Shown piece by piece: positions 1 to 9,079 of a DNA stretch of 27,875 nucleotides; the stretch's first letter is position 1; each line of letters begins with the position of its first letter. The DNA lies in assembly GCA_964658025.1 (NCBI GenBank), contig CAZZXB010000021.1:1-27875 (forward strand). The letters run 5' to 3'. The notes beneath the pieces were generated by a model. The model was not told where the DNA came from and searched no databases. It saw nothing but the letters and a program-made list of their open reading frames with translations. The translations under genes and the position numbers were made by a program. This DNA is from an uncultured Janthinobacterium sp. (lineage in GTDB: Bacteria > Vulcanimicrobiota > Vulcanimicrobiia > Vulcanimicrobiales > Vulcanimicrobiaceae).

Positions 1-6
1 GCGAAT

Positions 7-44
7 CCGCCGCGATCCTTCGCCGATCGCGGCGGTTATTCGTT
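7..44 (+). terminator. Intrinsic terminator, possibly bidirectional
   Basis: Perfect 11-bp stem CCGCCGCGATC (7-17) / GATCGCGGCGG (25-35) with a 7-nt loop, followed by TTATTCGTTT on +. It lies just past the stop of the minus-strand gene ending at 58. Confidence 0.7.
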
Positions 45-57
45 TACCGCCGAACCT

Positions 58-1170
58 TCAGGCGTCCAGCGCGAACGGCACGCCGAGTTCGCCCGCGACC
101 TTTTCGAGCGTCGCCCACACCTTCGCGTGGATCGGGACGCCGTCGCGCCGATGCGCGATCGTCTTCTCGTGCTCGATCTCGCCCGCGACGTAGATGCGCT
201 CCTGCCCCGGCACCTTCGCCGAGTTCTTGAAGGCGCGGAGTTCTCTGTCGACGTCGCGCTTGAACGCGTCGATGTCGCGAAACCCGCTCGGATCGATCGC
301 GCCGAAGAAATGCGAGATCTTTCCGCCGGTCGTGTCCGTTTTCGAGACCGGCAGATCGTCGCCGAACGCGCCGCCGGAGAGCACGCCGCACATGATGTCG
401 ACGAGCAGGCCGAGACCGTAGCCCTTGTGGCCGCCGTTCGCCACGCCGTAGCCGCCGAGCGGGAGCAACGCGCCGGAGAGCGCCTGCTTCGGATCGAGCG
501 TTTCGACGCCGTCCGCGTCGATCGCCCAACCACGACCGAGCGAGAGTTCCTTACGATCGTAGACCTCGAGTTTACCGCGCGGGACGGTCGTCGTCGCGAA
601 ATCGAGCACGAACGGCGGCTCGTCTCGCGCCGGGACCGCGTACGCCCACGGATTGGTCCCGAGCATGACCGACTTGCCGTAGGTCGGCGCGCCGTACCGA
701 ACGGAGTTCGTCGAGCAGATCCCGATGAGATCGGCCGGAAGCGCGCGCATCGCATAGTACGCGGCGATGCCGAAGTGATTCGAATTGCGCACGGCCGCGA
801 ACGCGACGCCGCCGCGTTTCGCCTTCTCGATCACCGCATCCATCGCGCGCACGGAGACCGGATGTCCGAGTCCGTTTCCGGCGTCGAGCAGCAGCGACGT
901 CGGCGTCTCGCGCACGACGGTCACGCTCGGCCGCGGCTCGAGAATCCCCGCGCGGATCCGATCGACGTAGAACGGCACGAGCCGCGCGAGCCCGTGCGAT
1001 TCGATCCCGCGCAGATCCGAGGCGACGAGCACCACGGCGACCGTCTCCGCATCCTCGCGCGCGACGCCGACGGCCGATAATATTTCGACGATGAAGCGCG
1101 TGAGCTTCGCTTCGGTCGAATGCCGGTAATCCGACGCGACGGGATTCGGCGTCGTTTCGCGTTCGCTCAT
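58..1170 (-). CDS. Ldh_2 family (malate/L-lactate/L-sulfolactate/ureidoglycolate dehydrogenase-like) oxidoreductase
   Basis: Family motifs DLRGIESHG, NSNHFG, GTNP, LDFATT and GGHKGYGL, and a C-terminal PGQERIYVAGE. The ATG overlaps the thrB stop (ATGA, 1167-1170). Confidence 0.92.
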   Translation of the reverse strand: MSERETTPNPVASDYRHSTEAKLTRFIVEILSAVGVAREDAETVAVVLVASDLRGIESHGLARLVPFYVDRIRAGILEPRPSVTVVRETPTSLLLDAGNGLGHPVSVRAMDAVIEKAKRGGVAFAAVRNSNHFGIAAYYAMRALPADLIGICSTNSVRYGAPTYGKSVMLGTNPWAYAVPARDEPPFVLDFATTTVPRGKLEVYDRKELSLGRGWAIDADGVETLDPKQALSGALLPLGGYGVANGGHKGYGLGLLVDIMCGVLSGGAFGDDLPVSKTDTTGGKISHFFGAIDPSGFRDIDAFKRDVDRELRAFKNSAKVPGQERIYVAGEIEHEKTIAHRRDGVPIHAKVWATLEKVAGELGVPFALDA

Positions 1171-2087
1171 GCCGACACCGCGCTCGCCGCTAACGGCTCG
1201 ACAGTAGCACCGCGCGGCGCGATGCCCACGTGGAACACCTCGCTCTCGATGCCCTCGCGCGCGAACGCGTCGCGCATCGCGTCGCCGGTACCGGGAGACT
1301 CGCCCGCGACGAGCGCGATCACGCTCGGTCCCGCACCCGAAAGCGCGACGGCGAGTAACCCCGGCCGTTCGAAGCGTAACATCTCGTCGAATCCCGGGAC
1401 GAGCGGCGCGCGGTACGGTTGGTGGATGCGGTCGCCCGTCGCGACGCGCAGGCTCGCGAGATCGCCCGAGGCGAGCGCGGCCGCGAGTAACGCCGCACGT
1501 TGGAGATTGAAAACGACGTCGCTCCGTTCGTAGGTCGCCGGTAAGAGCTTGCGCGCCGCGGCGGTGGGTAACACGATCTTGGGCGTTACGACGATCGCCG
1601 CGAGGCCGCGCGGCGGATCGAAACGCAGGTACGTCGGGCGCGCGCCCGCATCCATCGCCGCGACGACGACGCCGCCGAGTAACGCCGGCAGCGCGTTGTC
1701 GGGATGGCCTTCGAGTTCGGCCGCGTGACGCGCGAGCACGTCGGTCGCCGGGCGAACGCTCGCGAGTTCGGCGCCGATCGTCAGGCCGAGGACGGCACCG
1801 GCCGCGCTCGCGCCGAGCCCTTTGCCGAGCGGGATCGCGTTCTCGACGAGGATCGATACGTCGGGTCGGTCGCCCGCGAGCACGCGATCGATCCCGCGCA
1901 CGATCTCGTTCTCGAAACCGGCGTTCGTGGGGACGTGCGCTCCGGCTTTGAACGAAATCGAGAATCGCACCGCCGGTTGGACGGTCGCGCGCACCCAGAG
2001 GTCGAGCGCGAGCCCGATCGCGTCGAACCCGGGACCGAGATTCGCCGACGAAGCGGGGACGGCGGCGGTAAACGTAGCGACGGGCAT
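1167..2087 (-). CDS. thrB: Homoserine kinase
   Basis: VPASSANLGPGFD, PLGKGLGASAA (GHMP kinase motif), EGHPDN, HQPYR and LSGAGPS. An alternative GTG start at 2141 overlaps the thrC stop. Confidence 0.95.
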   Translation of the reverse strand: MPVATFTAAVPASSANLGPGFDAIGLALDLWVRATVQPAVRFSISFKAGAHVPTNAGFENEIVRGIDRVLAGDRPDVSILVENAIPLGKGLGASAAGAVLGLTIGAELASVRPATDVLARHAAELEGHPDNALPALLGGVVVAAMDAGARPTYLRFDPPRGLAAIVVTPKIVLPTAAARKLLPATYERSDVVFNLQRAALLAAALASGDLASLRVATGDRIHQPYRAPLVPGFDEMLRFERPGLLAVALSGAGPSVIALVAGESPGTGDAMRDAFAREGIESEVFHVGIAPRGATVEPLAASAVSA

Positions 2088-2133
2088 GGCCACGGCTTTT
2101 GGCCCCCGGTCGCGCGGTTGCCTGGGCCGTGCG

Positions 2134-3393
2134 TCACGCACGCACGGCCGTGAGTTCGTCGACGAGCGCGCGGAGGGCGTCGTCCGAGGGGGTCGGCCGG
2201 ATCGCGTTCGCGTACGGCGCGTCCGAACGATGGTAGTCGGCCGCGTAGGCGCCGTCCTTGAGCACGTGCCCGGTGAGCACGAGCACGACGTCTTCGTCCG
2301 CGCCGATGTCGCCGCGCGCGCGAAGGGTGCGCAGGCCGGCGAGCGACGCGGCGGAGGCGGGTTCGCATCCGATTCCGTCGCGCCCGATCACCGCGCGCGC
2401 GTCCGCGATCGCTCCGTCCGAAACGTCGAGTACCGTACCATCGCTGTGGCGCACTTCGAAGAGCGCCTTGCGCCACGACGCGGGCGCGCCGATCTTGATC
2501 GCCGTCGCGCTCGTTTTCGCGACGACCGGACGCATCTCGCCACCGTCGCGCCAGAGCGCGGAGAAGGGCGCGGCACCGCTCGCCTGCACGACGGCGAGTC
2601 TGGGCATCCGATCGATCAACCCGAGCGCGTGCGCTTCGCGCAGGCCTTTGCCGAAGGCGCTCGTGTTGCCGAGATTGCCGCCCGGTAAGACGATCCAATC
2701 CGGCGCGCGCCACGACCGCGCTTCGAGTAACGCGAACGCCGCGCACTTCTGACCTTCGATGCGATACGGATTGACGCTGTTGACGATCGCGACGCGCGTG
2801 GGATCGAGCGAACGCACGAGTTCGAGCGCGCGATCGAAATCGCCGTCGATCGCGGCGATCGTCGCGCCGTAATCGAGCGTCTGCGCCATCTTCGCCTCGC
2901 TCACGCCGACCGCCGGAACGAGCACGAGCGCGGTGATCCCCGCGCGCGCGCCGTACGCCGCCATCGCGGCCGCGGTATTGCCCGTGCTCGCGCACACGGC
3001 GACGCGGGCGCTTCGCGCCTTCGCATGCGAGATCGCGACCGTCATTCCGGCGTCCTTGAACGATGCGGTCGGATTCATTCCGAGATGCAGGTACGCGACG
3101 CGGTCGACGTTCGCGTATCCCGCGCCGAGATTCGCCGGGTAGAGCGGCAGGTCGTTCTCGCGTAGCGTGACGACGTCGCTCGCCGAAATATCCGGTAAGA
3201 GTTCGCGAAAGCGCCACACGCCGCTGCGGTCGAGCGGATCGGGCGACATGCGACGTTCGCGAAAGCGCGCGCGTAGGAGCTCGCCGTCGAGCGCCGTCGT
3301 GTCGAGTTCGAACGCGAGCAAACCGCCGCAGGTCGGACAAAAGATCTCGCGATCGGAGACGTCGCTCCGGCATTCGCTGCAGACGAGACGCAT
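2134..3393 (-). CDS. thrC: Threonine synthase (PLP-dependent) with N-terminal CxxC..CxxC motif
   Basis: NPTASFKD (PLP lysine), CASTGNT, NSVNPYRIEGQK, PGGNLGN, EPASAAS and LTGHVLKD; adjacent to thrB. Start moved to ATG 3393 (MRLVCSEC). Confidence 0.93.
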   Translation of the reverse strand: MRLVCSECRSDVSDREIFCPTCGGLLAFELDTTALDGELLRARFRERRMSPDPLDRSGVWRFRELLPDISASDVVTLRENDLPLYPANLGAGYANVDRVAYLHLGMNPTASFKDAGMTVAISHAKARSARVAVCASTGNTAAAMAAYGARAGITALVLVPAVGVSEAKMAQTLDYGATIAAIDGDFDRALELVRSLDPTRVAIVNSVNPYRIEGQKCAAFALLEARSWRAPDWIVLPGGNLGNTSAFGKGLREAHALGLIDRMPRLAVVQASGAAPFSALWRDGGEMRPVVAKTSATAIKIGAPASWRKALFEVRHSDGTVLDVSDGAIADARAVIGRDGIGCEPASAASLAGLRTLRARGDIGADEDVVLVLTGHVLKDGAYAADYHRSDAPYANAIRPTPSDDALRALVDELTAVRA

Positions 3394-3529
3394 CGCGCCA
3401 TATTTACGGCGGTCGCGCGCGATTCCGCCCGCGGCATCCCAGCGCGCACGTTCCGCCCGTCGCTCCGCATGCGCGGCCGGAACGCGTGCGGCGAGGGTTT
3501 TCCCTCTCCCGATCGACCGCACGAGTCCG

Positions 3530-3535
3530 TACACT
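3530..3535 (+). promoter_or_regulatory. Putative -10 box TACACT, leaderless configuration
   Basis: TANNNT hexamer 6 nt before ATG 3542, with no Shine-Dalgarno. Confidence 0.55.
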
Positions 3536-3541
3536 CCTCGC

Positions 3542-4732
3542 ATGGACGATACACGCCCCACGGCTTTTTCGCGTTCCGCCGTCGCCTTCGCTTCGGTCGG
3601 GCTCTTTCTCGTAACGGCGCTCAGCGCGTGCGGGGGCGGGGCGACGACCTTCTCGCCCGGACGTCCGGCCGCGGCGCTTCCGGCGGCGATCGCGAAGGGG
3701 TGCGTCTATCCGAGCACGTCGACTACGTCGACGGCGCTCCCCGCGGCCGGAGGCGTGACGGGTTCGATTTCGATCGGCGCGGTCGCGCAGGCGTCGACCG
3801 CCTGCAGCGCCATCGTCGTCGCGACCGGGAGCGACTCGACGTTGTCGGCGTCCGTGGGGAGCATCATGTCGGTGCGGACGCGCCGCACGGCGATGGCGAC
3901 GACCGCCGAGACGCCGCCGCTCCTCCAAGTCTCGCTCACGAACGCGTACACGGGCAGTCTTCCGTGGCTCTCGCTCACGCTCGACGTTCCGCCCCTCTCC
4001 GTCCCGCCGGGATCCTATCCCGCGACGATCACGGCGCCCGGCGAAGACGGCCAGCTCATCACGCAAGAGTACACGATTACCGTCGGCGCGACGGGGACCG
4101 TCGTCGTCACGCCGCCACCGACCGGAAGCGTTCTCGTGACGCTCGGCGCGGGCGCGACGGGCGTCCTCTCGATCTACCCGATGGGTACGACCTTCCCGAC
4201 GCCGTCGCCGAGCGGATCGGCGACACCGAGCCCGGTGCCGACGTCGACGGCGACCTCCGCACCGACGGCGACGCCGAGCGTCGCGCCGACGACGGCTCCC
4301 AAGCCGACGCAATCGCCGTCCGGAACGGCCTCGATCTCGATCTCGCCGAGCGCGTGCATCGATGCGGGTTCGAACGGCGCGACCCTCAACTACACGGCGA
4401 AGGCGGTCGGCGGTCCGGTCCTCCCGGCCGGGGCTTCGTACCGATTCGGATGGTTCGCGGCCGCGACCCAACCCGCGTTCGGCCTGACCGTCCAACCGCC
4501 GTCGGCGCCGTACGCGGGCACGAACGTCATCGTCGGCGGACCCGCCGCGACCGTGACGGTCCCCGCGTTCGGGTCGACCGGCCTCACGGGTGAGAGCGGC
4601 GCGATCCAGGTGTACTTATTCCTCTCGCAAAACGGCGGCCTCGGGTACGTCGAACAGCCGAGCGGCGCGAAGGTCGTCGCGTCCGCGGTGATCGCGGCGG
4701 GCGCGGTCACGTGCGCGGGGCTCGGTCTCTAG
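3542..4732 (+). CDS. Hypothetical lipoprotein with Pro/Thr/Ser-rich linker
   Basis: Hydrophobic signal followed by lipobox LSA-C (ALSACGGG), a central PTPSPSGSATPSPVPT... linker, and flanking beta-rich regions. Start moved to ATG 3542. Confidence 0.8.
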   Translation: MDDTRPTAFSRSAVAFASVGLFLVTALSACGGGATTFSPGRPAAALPAAIAKGCVYPSTSTTSTALPAAGGVTGSISIGAVAQASTACSAIVVATGSDSTLSASVGSIMSVRTRRTAMATTAETPPLLQVSLTNAYTGSLPWLSLTLDVPPLSVPPGSYPATITAPGEDGQLITQEYTITVGATGTVVVTPPPTGSVLVTLGAGATGVLSIYPMGTTFPTPSPSGSATPSPVPTSTATSAPTATPSVAPTTAPKPTQSPSGTASISISPSACIDAGSNGATLNYTAKAVGGPVLPAGASYRFGWFAAATQPAFGLTVQPPSAPYAGTNVIVGGPAATVTVPAFGSTGLTGESGAIQVYLFLSQNGGLGYVEQPSGAKVVASAVIAAGAVTCAGLGL

Positions 4733-4760
4733 CCGTGCCCGATCCGGCGTGACGCGACGA

Positions 4761-4784
4761 GCGCTCGGCCGCGGCGCCGAGCGC
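4761..4784. terminator. GC hairpin between convergent genes (no U-tract)
   Basis: GCGCTCGGC (4761-4769) / GCCGAGCGC (4776-4784), between the stops at 4732 and 4791. Confidence 0.4.
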
Positions 4785-4790
4785 CGACCG

Positions 4791-5105
4791 CTACGGTGCT
4801 CCGGGCGCGACGACGCCGGGGGACGGCCCCGCTAACGCGGGTAGCGGGATACCGAAAAGACCAAGACTCGGCGCGACGAGCGTCCGCAGCACGATGCTTC
4901 CGGCGTCCTGCGCCGACGCGATCGCGGACATCGACGAGCCGCTCGCGGGCGACGATATCGGCGCGAGCGTCTGCGCCACGCGAATCGCCAACGTCCGGCG
5001 TTGCTCGGGCGACATCTCGTCGTACTGCGCTTTCGCTCGTCGCGCTTGCTCCTGCGCGCGATCGCGTTGTTCCGGGGTGAGCTGTGCGTTGATCTGCGCG
5101 GCCAT
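4791..5105 (-). CDS. Small hypothetical protein with two (L/M)(T/S)PEQR helical repeats
   Basis: Protein-like sequence and GC3-rich codons in the N-terminal half (LTPEQRDRA...MSPEQRRTL). No clear RBS. In frame with ilvD. Confidence 0.45.
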   Translation of the reverse strand: MAAQINAQLTPEQRDRAQEQARRAKAQYDEMSPEQRRTLAIRVAQTLAPISSPASGSSMSAIASAQDAGSIVLRTLVAPSLGLFGIPLPALAGPSPGVVAPGAP

Positions 5106-5141
5106 GTCTTGGAAGAGCGCGAGCGTTCGCGCGTCGGCGGG

Positions 5142-6863
5142 CTAGAGCGACCGAACGATCGGCCGCGTGATCGCGCCGTCCGCCGCGGACGACACGAGCG
5201 CCGCGTACTTCGCGAAGACGCCGCTCGTGTATTTCGGCGCCGGCGCCTTCCACGTCGCGAGACGCGCCGCGAACTCGTCCGGCGCGAGATCGACGTCGAG
5301 CGTGCGCGCCTCGATGTCGATCGTGATCGCGTCGCCGTCGACGACGGCCGCGAGCGGACCGCCCATCGCGGCCTCCGGCGCGACGTGACCGAGCATGAGC
5401 CCGCGCGTGCCGCCCGAGAAACGACCGTCGGTGACGAGCGCGACCGTCTCGCCGAGACCCGCGCCGACGATCGCGCCCGTGATGCCGAGCATCTCGCGCA
5501 TCCCGGGACCGCCGCGCGGACCCTCGTAACGGATCACGACGACGTCGCCCGCGACGACGTCGCCCGCTTCGATCGCGCGCATCGCATCTTCTTCCCGGTC
5601 GTAGACGCGCGCCGGACCCGTGTGGTACGGGCGTTCGTGGCCCGCCATCTTCACGACCGCGCCTTCGGGCGCGAGATTACCGCGCAGGATGACGATGCCG
5701 CCCGTCGGCTTGAAGGGCCGATCCGCCGTGGAGACGACGACCTGTCCCGGCGTCTCGACCGCGAGCGCCGCCTCTTCGCCGAGCGTGCGCCCGGTAACGG
5801 TTTGGGCGCCGGCCGAGACGAGCTTGCCTTCCACCATCCGTCGCGCGATGAGTTGGATGCCGCCCGCGCGATCGACGTCGAGCGCGACGTACCGGCCGCC
5901 CGGCCGCAAGTCCGCGATGATCGGCGTGCGCTTACTGATCGCGTCGAAATCGTCGATCGAGAGCGGAACGTCCGCCTCGCGCGCGAGCGCGAGTAAGTGC
6001 AGGACCGCGTTCGTCGAACCGCCCGTCCCCGCCGCGGCGGCGATCGCGTTCTCGAATGCTTCACGGGTCAACAGATCGCGCGGACGCACGCCGCGACGCA
6101 GGACGTCCATCACGAGCTTCCCCGCTTCGTAGCCCTTCTCGCTCTTGCGCGGATCGGTCGCGCCGGGCGACGCGCTGCCGACGGGCGAGAGACCGATGAA
6201 CTCCATGATCGTCGCCATCGTGTTCGCCGTGTACTGTCCGCCGCACGCGCCCGGACCCGGGATCGCGTGATTCTCGACTTGCAGTAACTCGTCGTCGGAG
6301 ATCTTCCCCGCGGCGTGCGCGCCGATCGCTTCGTAGATGTCGACGATCGTGAGGTCCTTCCCGTTCAACTTGCCGGGCGCGATCGAACCGCCGTAGAGGA
6401 TCAGCGACGGCACGTTGAGCCGCACGAGCGCCATCGCGGCGCCGGGCGCCGTCTTGTCGCACGCGCAGAGCGCGATCATCGCGTCGAACATGTGGCCGCG
6501 GCCGACGAGTTCGATCGAGTCCGCGATCACCTCGCGCGAGACGAGCGAGGCCTTCATCCCCTCGGTCCCCATCGTCACGCCGTCGGAGATCGCGATCGTG
6601 TTGAATTCCATCGGCGTGCCGCCCGCCTCGCGGACGCCGCGCTTGACGTGCTCGGCGAGCGCGCGCAGGTTGTAATTGCACGGCATCGTCTCGATCCACG
6701 TGTTCGCGATGCCGACGATCGGTTTGCGCAGATCGTCGTCGGTGAACCCGATCGCCTTGTACATCGCGCGCGCGGCCGCGCGATCGCGCCCGTTCGTGAT
6801 GGTCGCGCTGTTCGCTTTGATATCGTACGCGCCCGCGCCGTTCGATCCGTTGCTCCCGCTCAT
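5142..6863 (-). CDS. ilvD: Dihydroxy-acid dehydratase
   Basis: [56 protein letters not shown] and GHVAPEA motifs; 573 aa. Confidence 0.97.
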   Translation of the reverse strand: MSGSNGSNGAGAYDIKANSATITNGRDRAAARAMYKAIGFTDDDLRKPIVGIANTWIETMPCNYNLRALAEHVKRGVREAGGTPMEFNTIAISDGVTMGTEGMKASLVSREVIADSIELVGRGHMFDAMIALCACDKTAPGAAMALVRLNVPSLILYGGSIAPGKLNGKDLTIVDIYEAIGAHAAGKISDDELLQVENHAIPGPGACGGQYTANTMATIMEFIGLSPVGSASPGATDPRKSEKGYEAGKLVMDVLRRGVRPRDLLTREAFENAIAAAAGTGGSTNAVLHLLALAREADVPLSIDDFDAISKRTPIIADLRPGGRYVALDVDRAGGIQLIARRMVEGKLVSAGAQTVTGRTLGEEAALAVETPGQVVVSTADRPFKPTGGIVILRGNLAPEGAVVKMAGHERPYHTGPARVYDREEDAMRAIEAGDVVAGDVVVIRYEGPRGGPGMREMLGITGAIVGAGLGETVALVTDGRFSGGTRGLMLGHVAPEAAMGGPLAAVVDGDAITIDIEARTLDVDLAPDEFAARLATWKAPAPKYTSGVFAKYAALVSSAADGAITRPIVRSL

Positions 6864-6873
6864 CGGAAAACGG

Positions 6874-7584
6874 TTACGGCAGGGCTGGCGAGCGGTCCTC
6901 GGCCGAGAGTCGCGCGTACCACCGCACGATGAGCGCGTACCGCACGCACTCGCAGTAGATGAACGTGAAGAACAGGAGCGGCGCCGTGATCACGAGCGAC
7001 GGCGGCGCGGTGACGCCGAGGATCGCGAGTCCCAGGAGCGCGAGCGTGAACGGCACGAGCAGGATCACGAGCGAGAGCGTGACGATCCCGAGCGTCGTGA
7101 CGAAGTGACTGCGCGTGAGGGTGACCGACCTCCGCGCGGCCCGCGCGACCGTCCCGCCGAGATCGGAGAATCGCAGGCGATCGGGCGACGTCACGAGCGC
7201 GCCGACGAGCGCCTGCGAGAGCAAGACCGCCGCGACGACGCCCGGGACGAGCGCGAAGGCGTACCCGACCTCGGTCGTCACCCCGACGAGCACGATCGTC
7301 GCGAACATCACGCCGAACCGCCAGGCCGTCATCGTGAATCCCGGGCGGACGCGACGGACCGCGCACGGTAACACGAAGAACAGCGCGGCGGCGGAGAGCA
7401 AGAGCACGACGCTGACGGGCGGGGTCGTCACGAGCGCGAGCGGCCGGCGCGCGAGGATGTCGTACATGTCGGTCCGCGGGAACGCGTACCACGCGGCGAG
7501 CGCGCAGAGGGCCGCGAACGATGCGTAGATGCCGAGCTTCTCGCGCATCATCGTCAAGCCGTCCCCGAACGTTCGAGCGACCAT
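6874..7584 (-). CDS. Hypothetical integral membrane protein (about 5-6 TM)
   Basis: Multiple hydrophobic segments. Start moved to ATG 7584, which is preceded by GACAAT-N6; the ORF-track extension would overlap glcD. Confidence 0.75.
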   Translation of the reverse strand: MVARTFGDGLTMMREKLGIYASFAALCALAAWYAFPRTDMYDILARRPLALVTTPPVSVVLLLSAAALFFVLPCAVRRVRPGFTMTAWRFGVMFATIVLVGVTTEVGYAFALVPGVVAAVLLSQALVGALVTSPDRLRFSDLGGTVARAARRSVTLTRSHFVTTLGIVTLSLVILLVPFTLALLGLAILGVTAPPSLVITAPLLFFTFIYCECVRYALIVRWYARLSAEDRSPALP

Positions 7585-7630
7585 ACGACGATTGTCGGCC
7601 GCGACGCGGACGATCGCGTTTACCGGAGCT

Positions 7631-9079
7631 ATGTCGCCGCTCACAGAATCACTCGGGGTGATCGCCCCGATCGAACGACCGCTCCTCCGCGAACTCGAAG
7701 CGGCCGTCGGCGCGGCCCACGTGCTCACGGCCGAGGTCGATCTGCTCGCCTACGGTTTCGACGGTACGTGGTACGACCGCGCGCCGCTCTGCGTCGTCAT
7801 GCCCGCGACCGTCGACGAAGTCCGCGCCGTCCATCGGATCGCCTCGCGCGAGCGGATCGCGATCGTGCCGCGCGCGATGGGGAGCGGCCTCTCCGGCGGA
7901 TCGGTCCCGCTCGCCGGCGGCATCGTGCTCGGCCTCACGCGGATGAATCGCATCCGCGAGATCGACGTCGAGAACGCGGTCGCGATCGTGGAGCCCGGCG
8001 TCATCACGGCCGATCTCCAACGCGCGGTCGAAGCGCTCGGGCTCTTCTATCCGCCCGATCCCTCGAGCTTGCGACAATCGGCGATCGGCGGGAACGTCGC
8101 CGAGAACGCCGGCGGCGCCCGCTGCCTCAAGTACGGCGTGACCGCCGACTACGTCGCCGCGCTCGAGATCGTCCTCCCCGGCGGCGAACTCGTCCGCACG
8201 GGCGGCAAGATGGTCAAGAACGTGACGGGCTACGATCTGCGCGCGCTCTTCACGGGCGCGGAAGGCACGCTCGGTACGATCACGGAGATCACGCTGCGCC
8301 TGCTCCCGAAACCGCGCTTCACGAAAACCGCGACCGCGGCGTTCGACGACATCGAAGATGCCGCGCGGACCGTCAGCGCGATCTTCCGCGCGGGGCTCGT
8401 TCCGACGTCGATCGAGTTACTCGATCGGCTCACGATGCGCTGCGTGGAGGAGAACCGCCCGAGCGGTCTGCCGATCGCGAGCGACGCGTTATTGCTTTTC
8501 GCCGTCGACGGAAACTACGAAGAGATCGTCGATGCCGAACTCGCGCGCGTCGCGGAGATCGCGCGCGGCGAAGGCGCGACCGCCACGCGCGTCGCCGCGA
8601 ACGCGGCCGAGAGCGCGGCGCTCTGGGACGCGCGCCGGAACATCTCGCCCGCGCTCGCGCGCAAGCGCCCGCACAAACTCGGCGAGGACGTCTCCGTGCC
8701 GCGAAGCGCCCTCGTCGCGATGATCGCCGCGGTCCGCGCGATCGCGGAACGGCACGGACTCCTCATCCCGATCTTCGGTCATGCCGGCGACGGCAATCTC
8801 CATCCCAACATCCTGTGCGATCGGAGCGACCGCGCCGAGATGGCGCGCGTGAAGGTCGCGGCGCGCGAGATCTTCGAGGCGGCGGTGCGACTCGGCGGCA
8901 CGCTCTCGGGAGAACACGGCATCGGGTTGCTCAAACGGCAATTCATCGAACTCGATCTCGGACCCGAAGCGCTCGCGCTGATGCGCCGGATCAAGGACGC
9001 GGTCGACCCGTGCGGGATCATGAATCCCGGCAAGATCTTCCCGACGGAAGGCGGCGTCGATGCCTTCGACCTCCCCTGA
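7631..9079 (+). CDS. glcD: FAD-linked oxidase, glycolate oxidase subunit GlcD-like
   Basis: GSGLSGG, YPPDPSS, GGNVAENAGG, LKYGVT, GYDL, GAEGTLG, GHAGDGNLH, GTLSGEHGIG and DPCGIMNPGK. Start is ATG 7631 or GTG 7658. Confidence 0.88.
   Translation: MSPLTESLGVIAPIERPLLRELEAAVGAAHVLTAEVDLLAYGFDGTWYDRAPLCVVMPATVDEVRAVHRIASRERIAIVPRAMGSGLSGGSVPLAGGIVLGLTRMNRIREIDVENAVAIVEPGVITADLQRAVEALGLFYPPDPSSLRQSAIGGNVAENAGGARCLKYGVTADYVAALEIVLPGGELVRTGGKMVKNVTGYDLRALFTGAEGTLGTITEITLRLLPKPRFTKTATAAFDDIEDAARTVSAIFRAGLVPTSIELLDRLTMRCVEENRPSGLPIASDALLLFAVDGNYEEIVDAELARVAEIARGEGATATRVAANAAESAALWDARRNISPALARKRPHKLGEDVSVPRSALVAMIAAVRAIAERHGLLIPIFGHAGDGNLHPNILCDRSDRAEMARVKVAAREIFEAAVRLGGTLSGEHGIGLLKRQFIELDLGPEALALMRRIKDAVDPCGIMNPGKIFPTEGGVDAFDLP

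Noticed and set aside
58..3393. Cysteate synthase / sulfolactate (coenzyme M-like) pathway from a ThrC homologue plus a ComC-like gene
   Set aside because: The intervening thrB points to ordinary threonine synthesis, and no other sulfonate genes are present.
4190..4330. Repetitive CCGACG/CCGAGC tract
   Set aside because: It encodes the Pro/Thr/Ser linker and is not a DNA repeat array or CRISPR.
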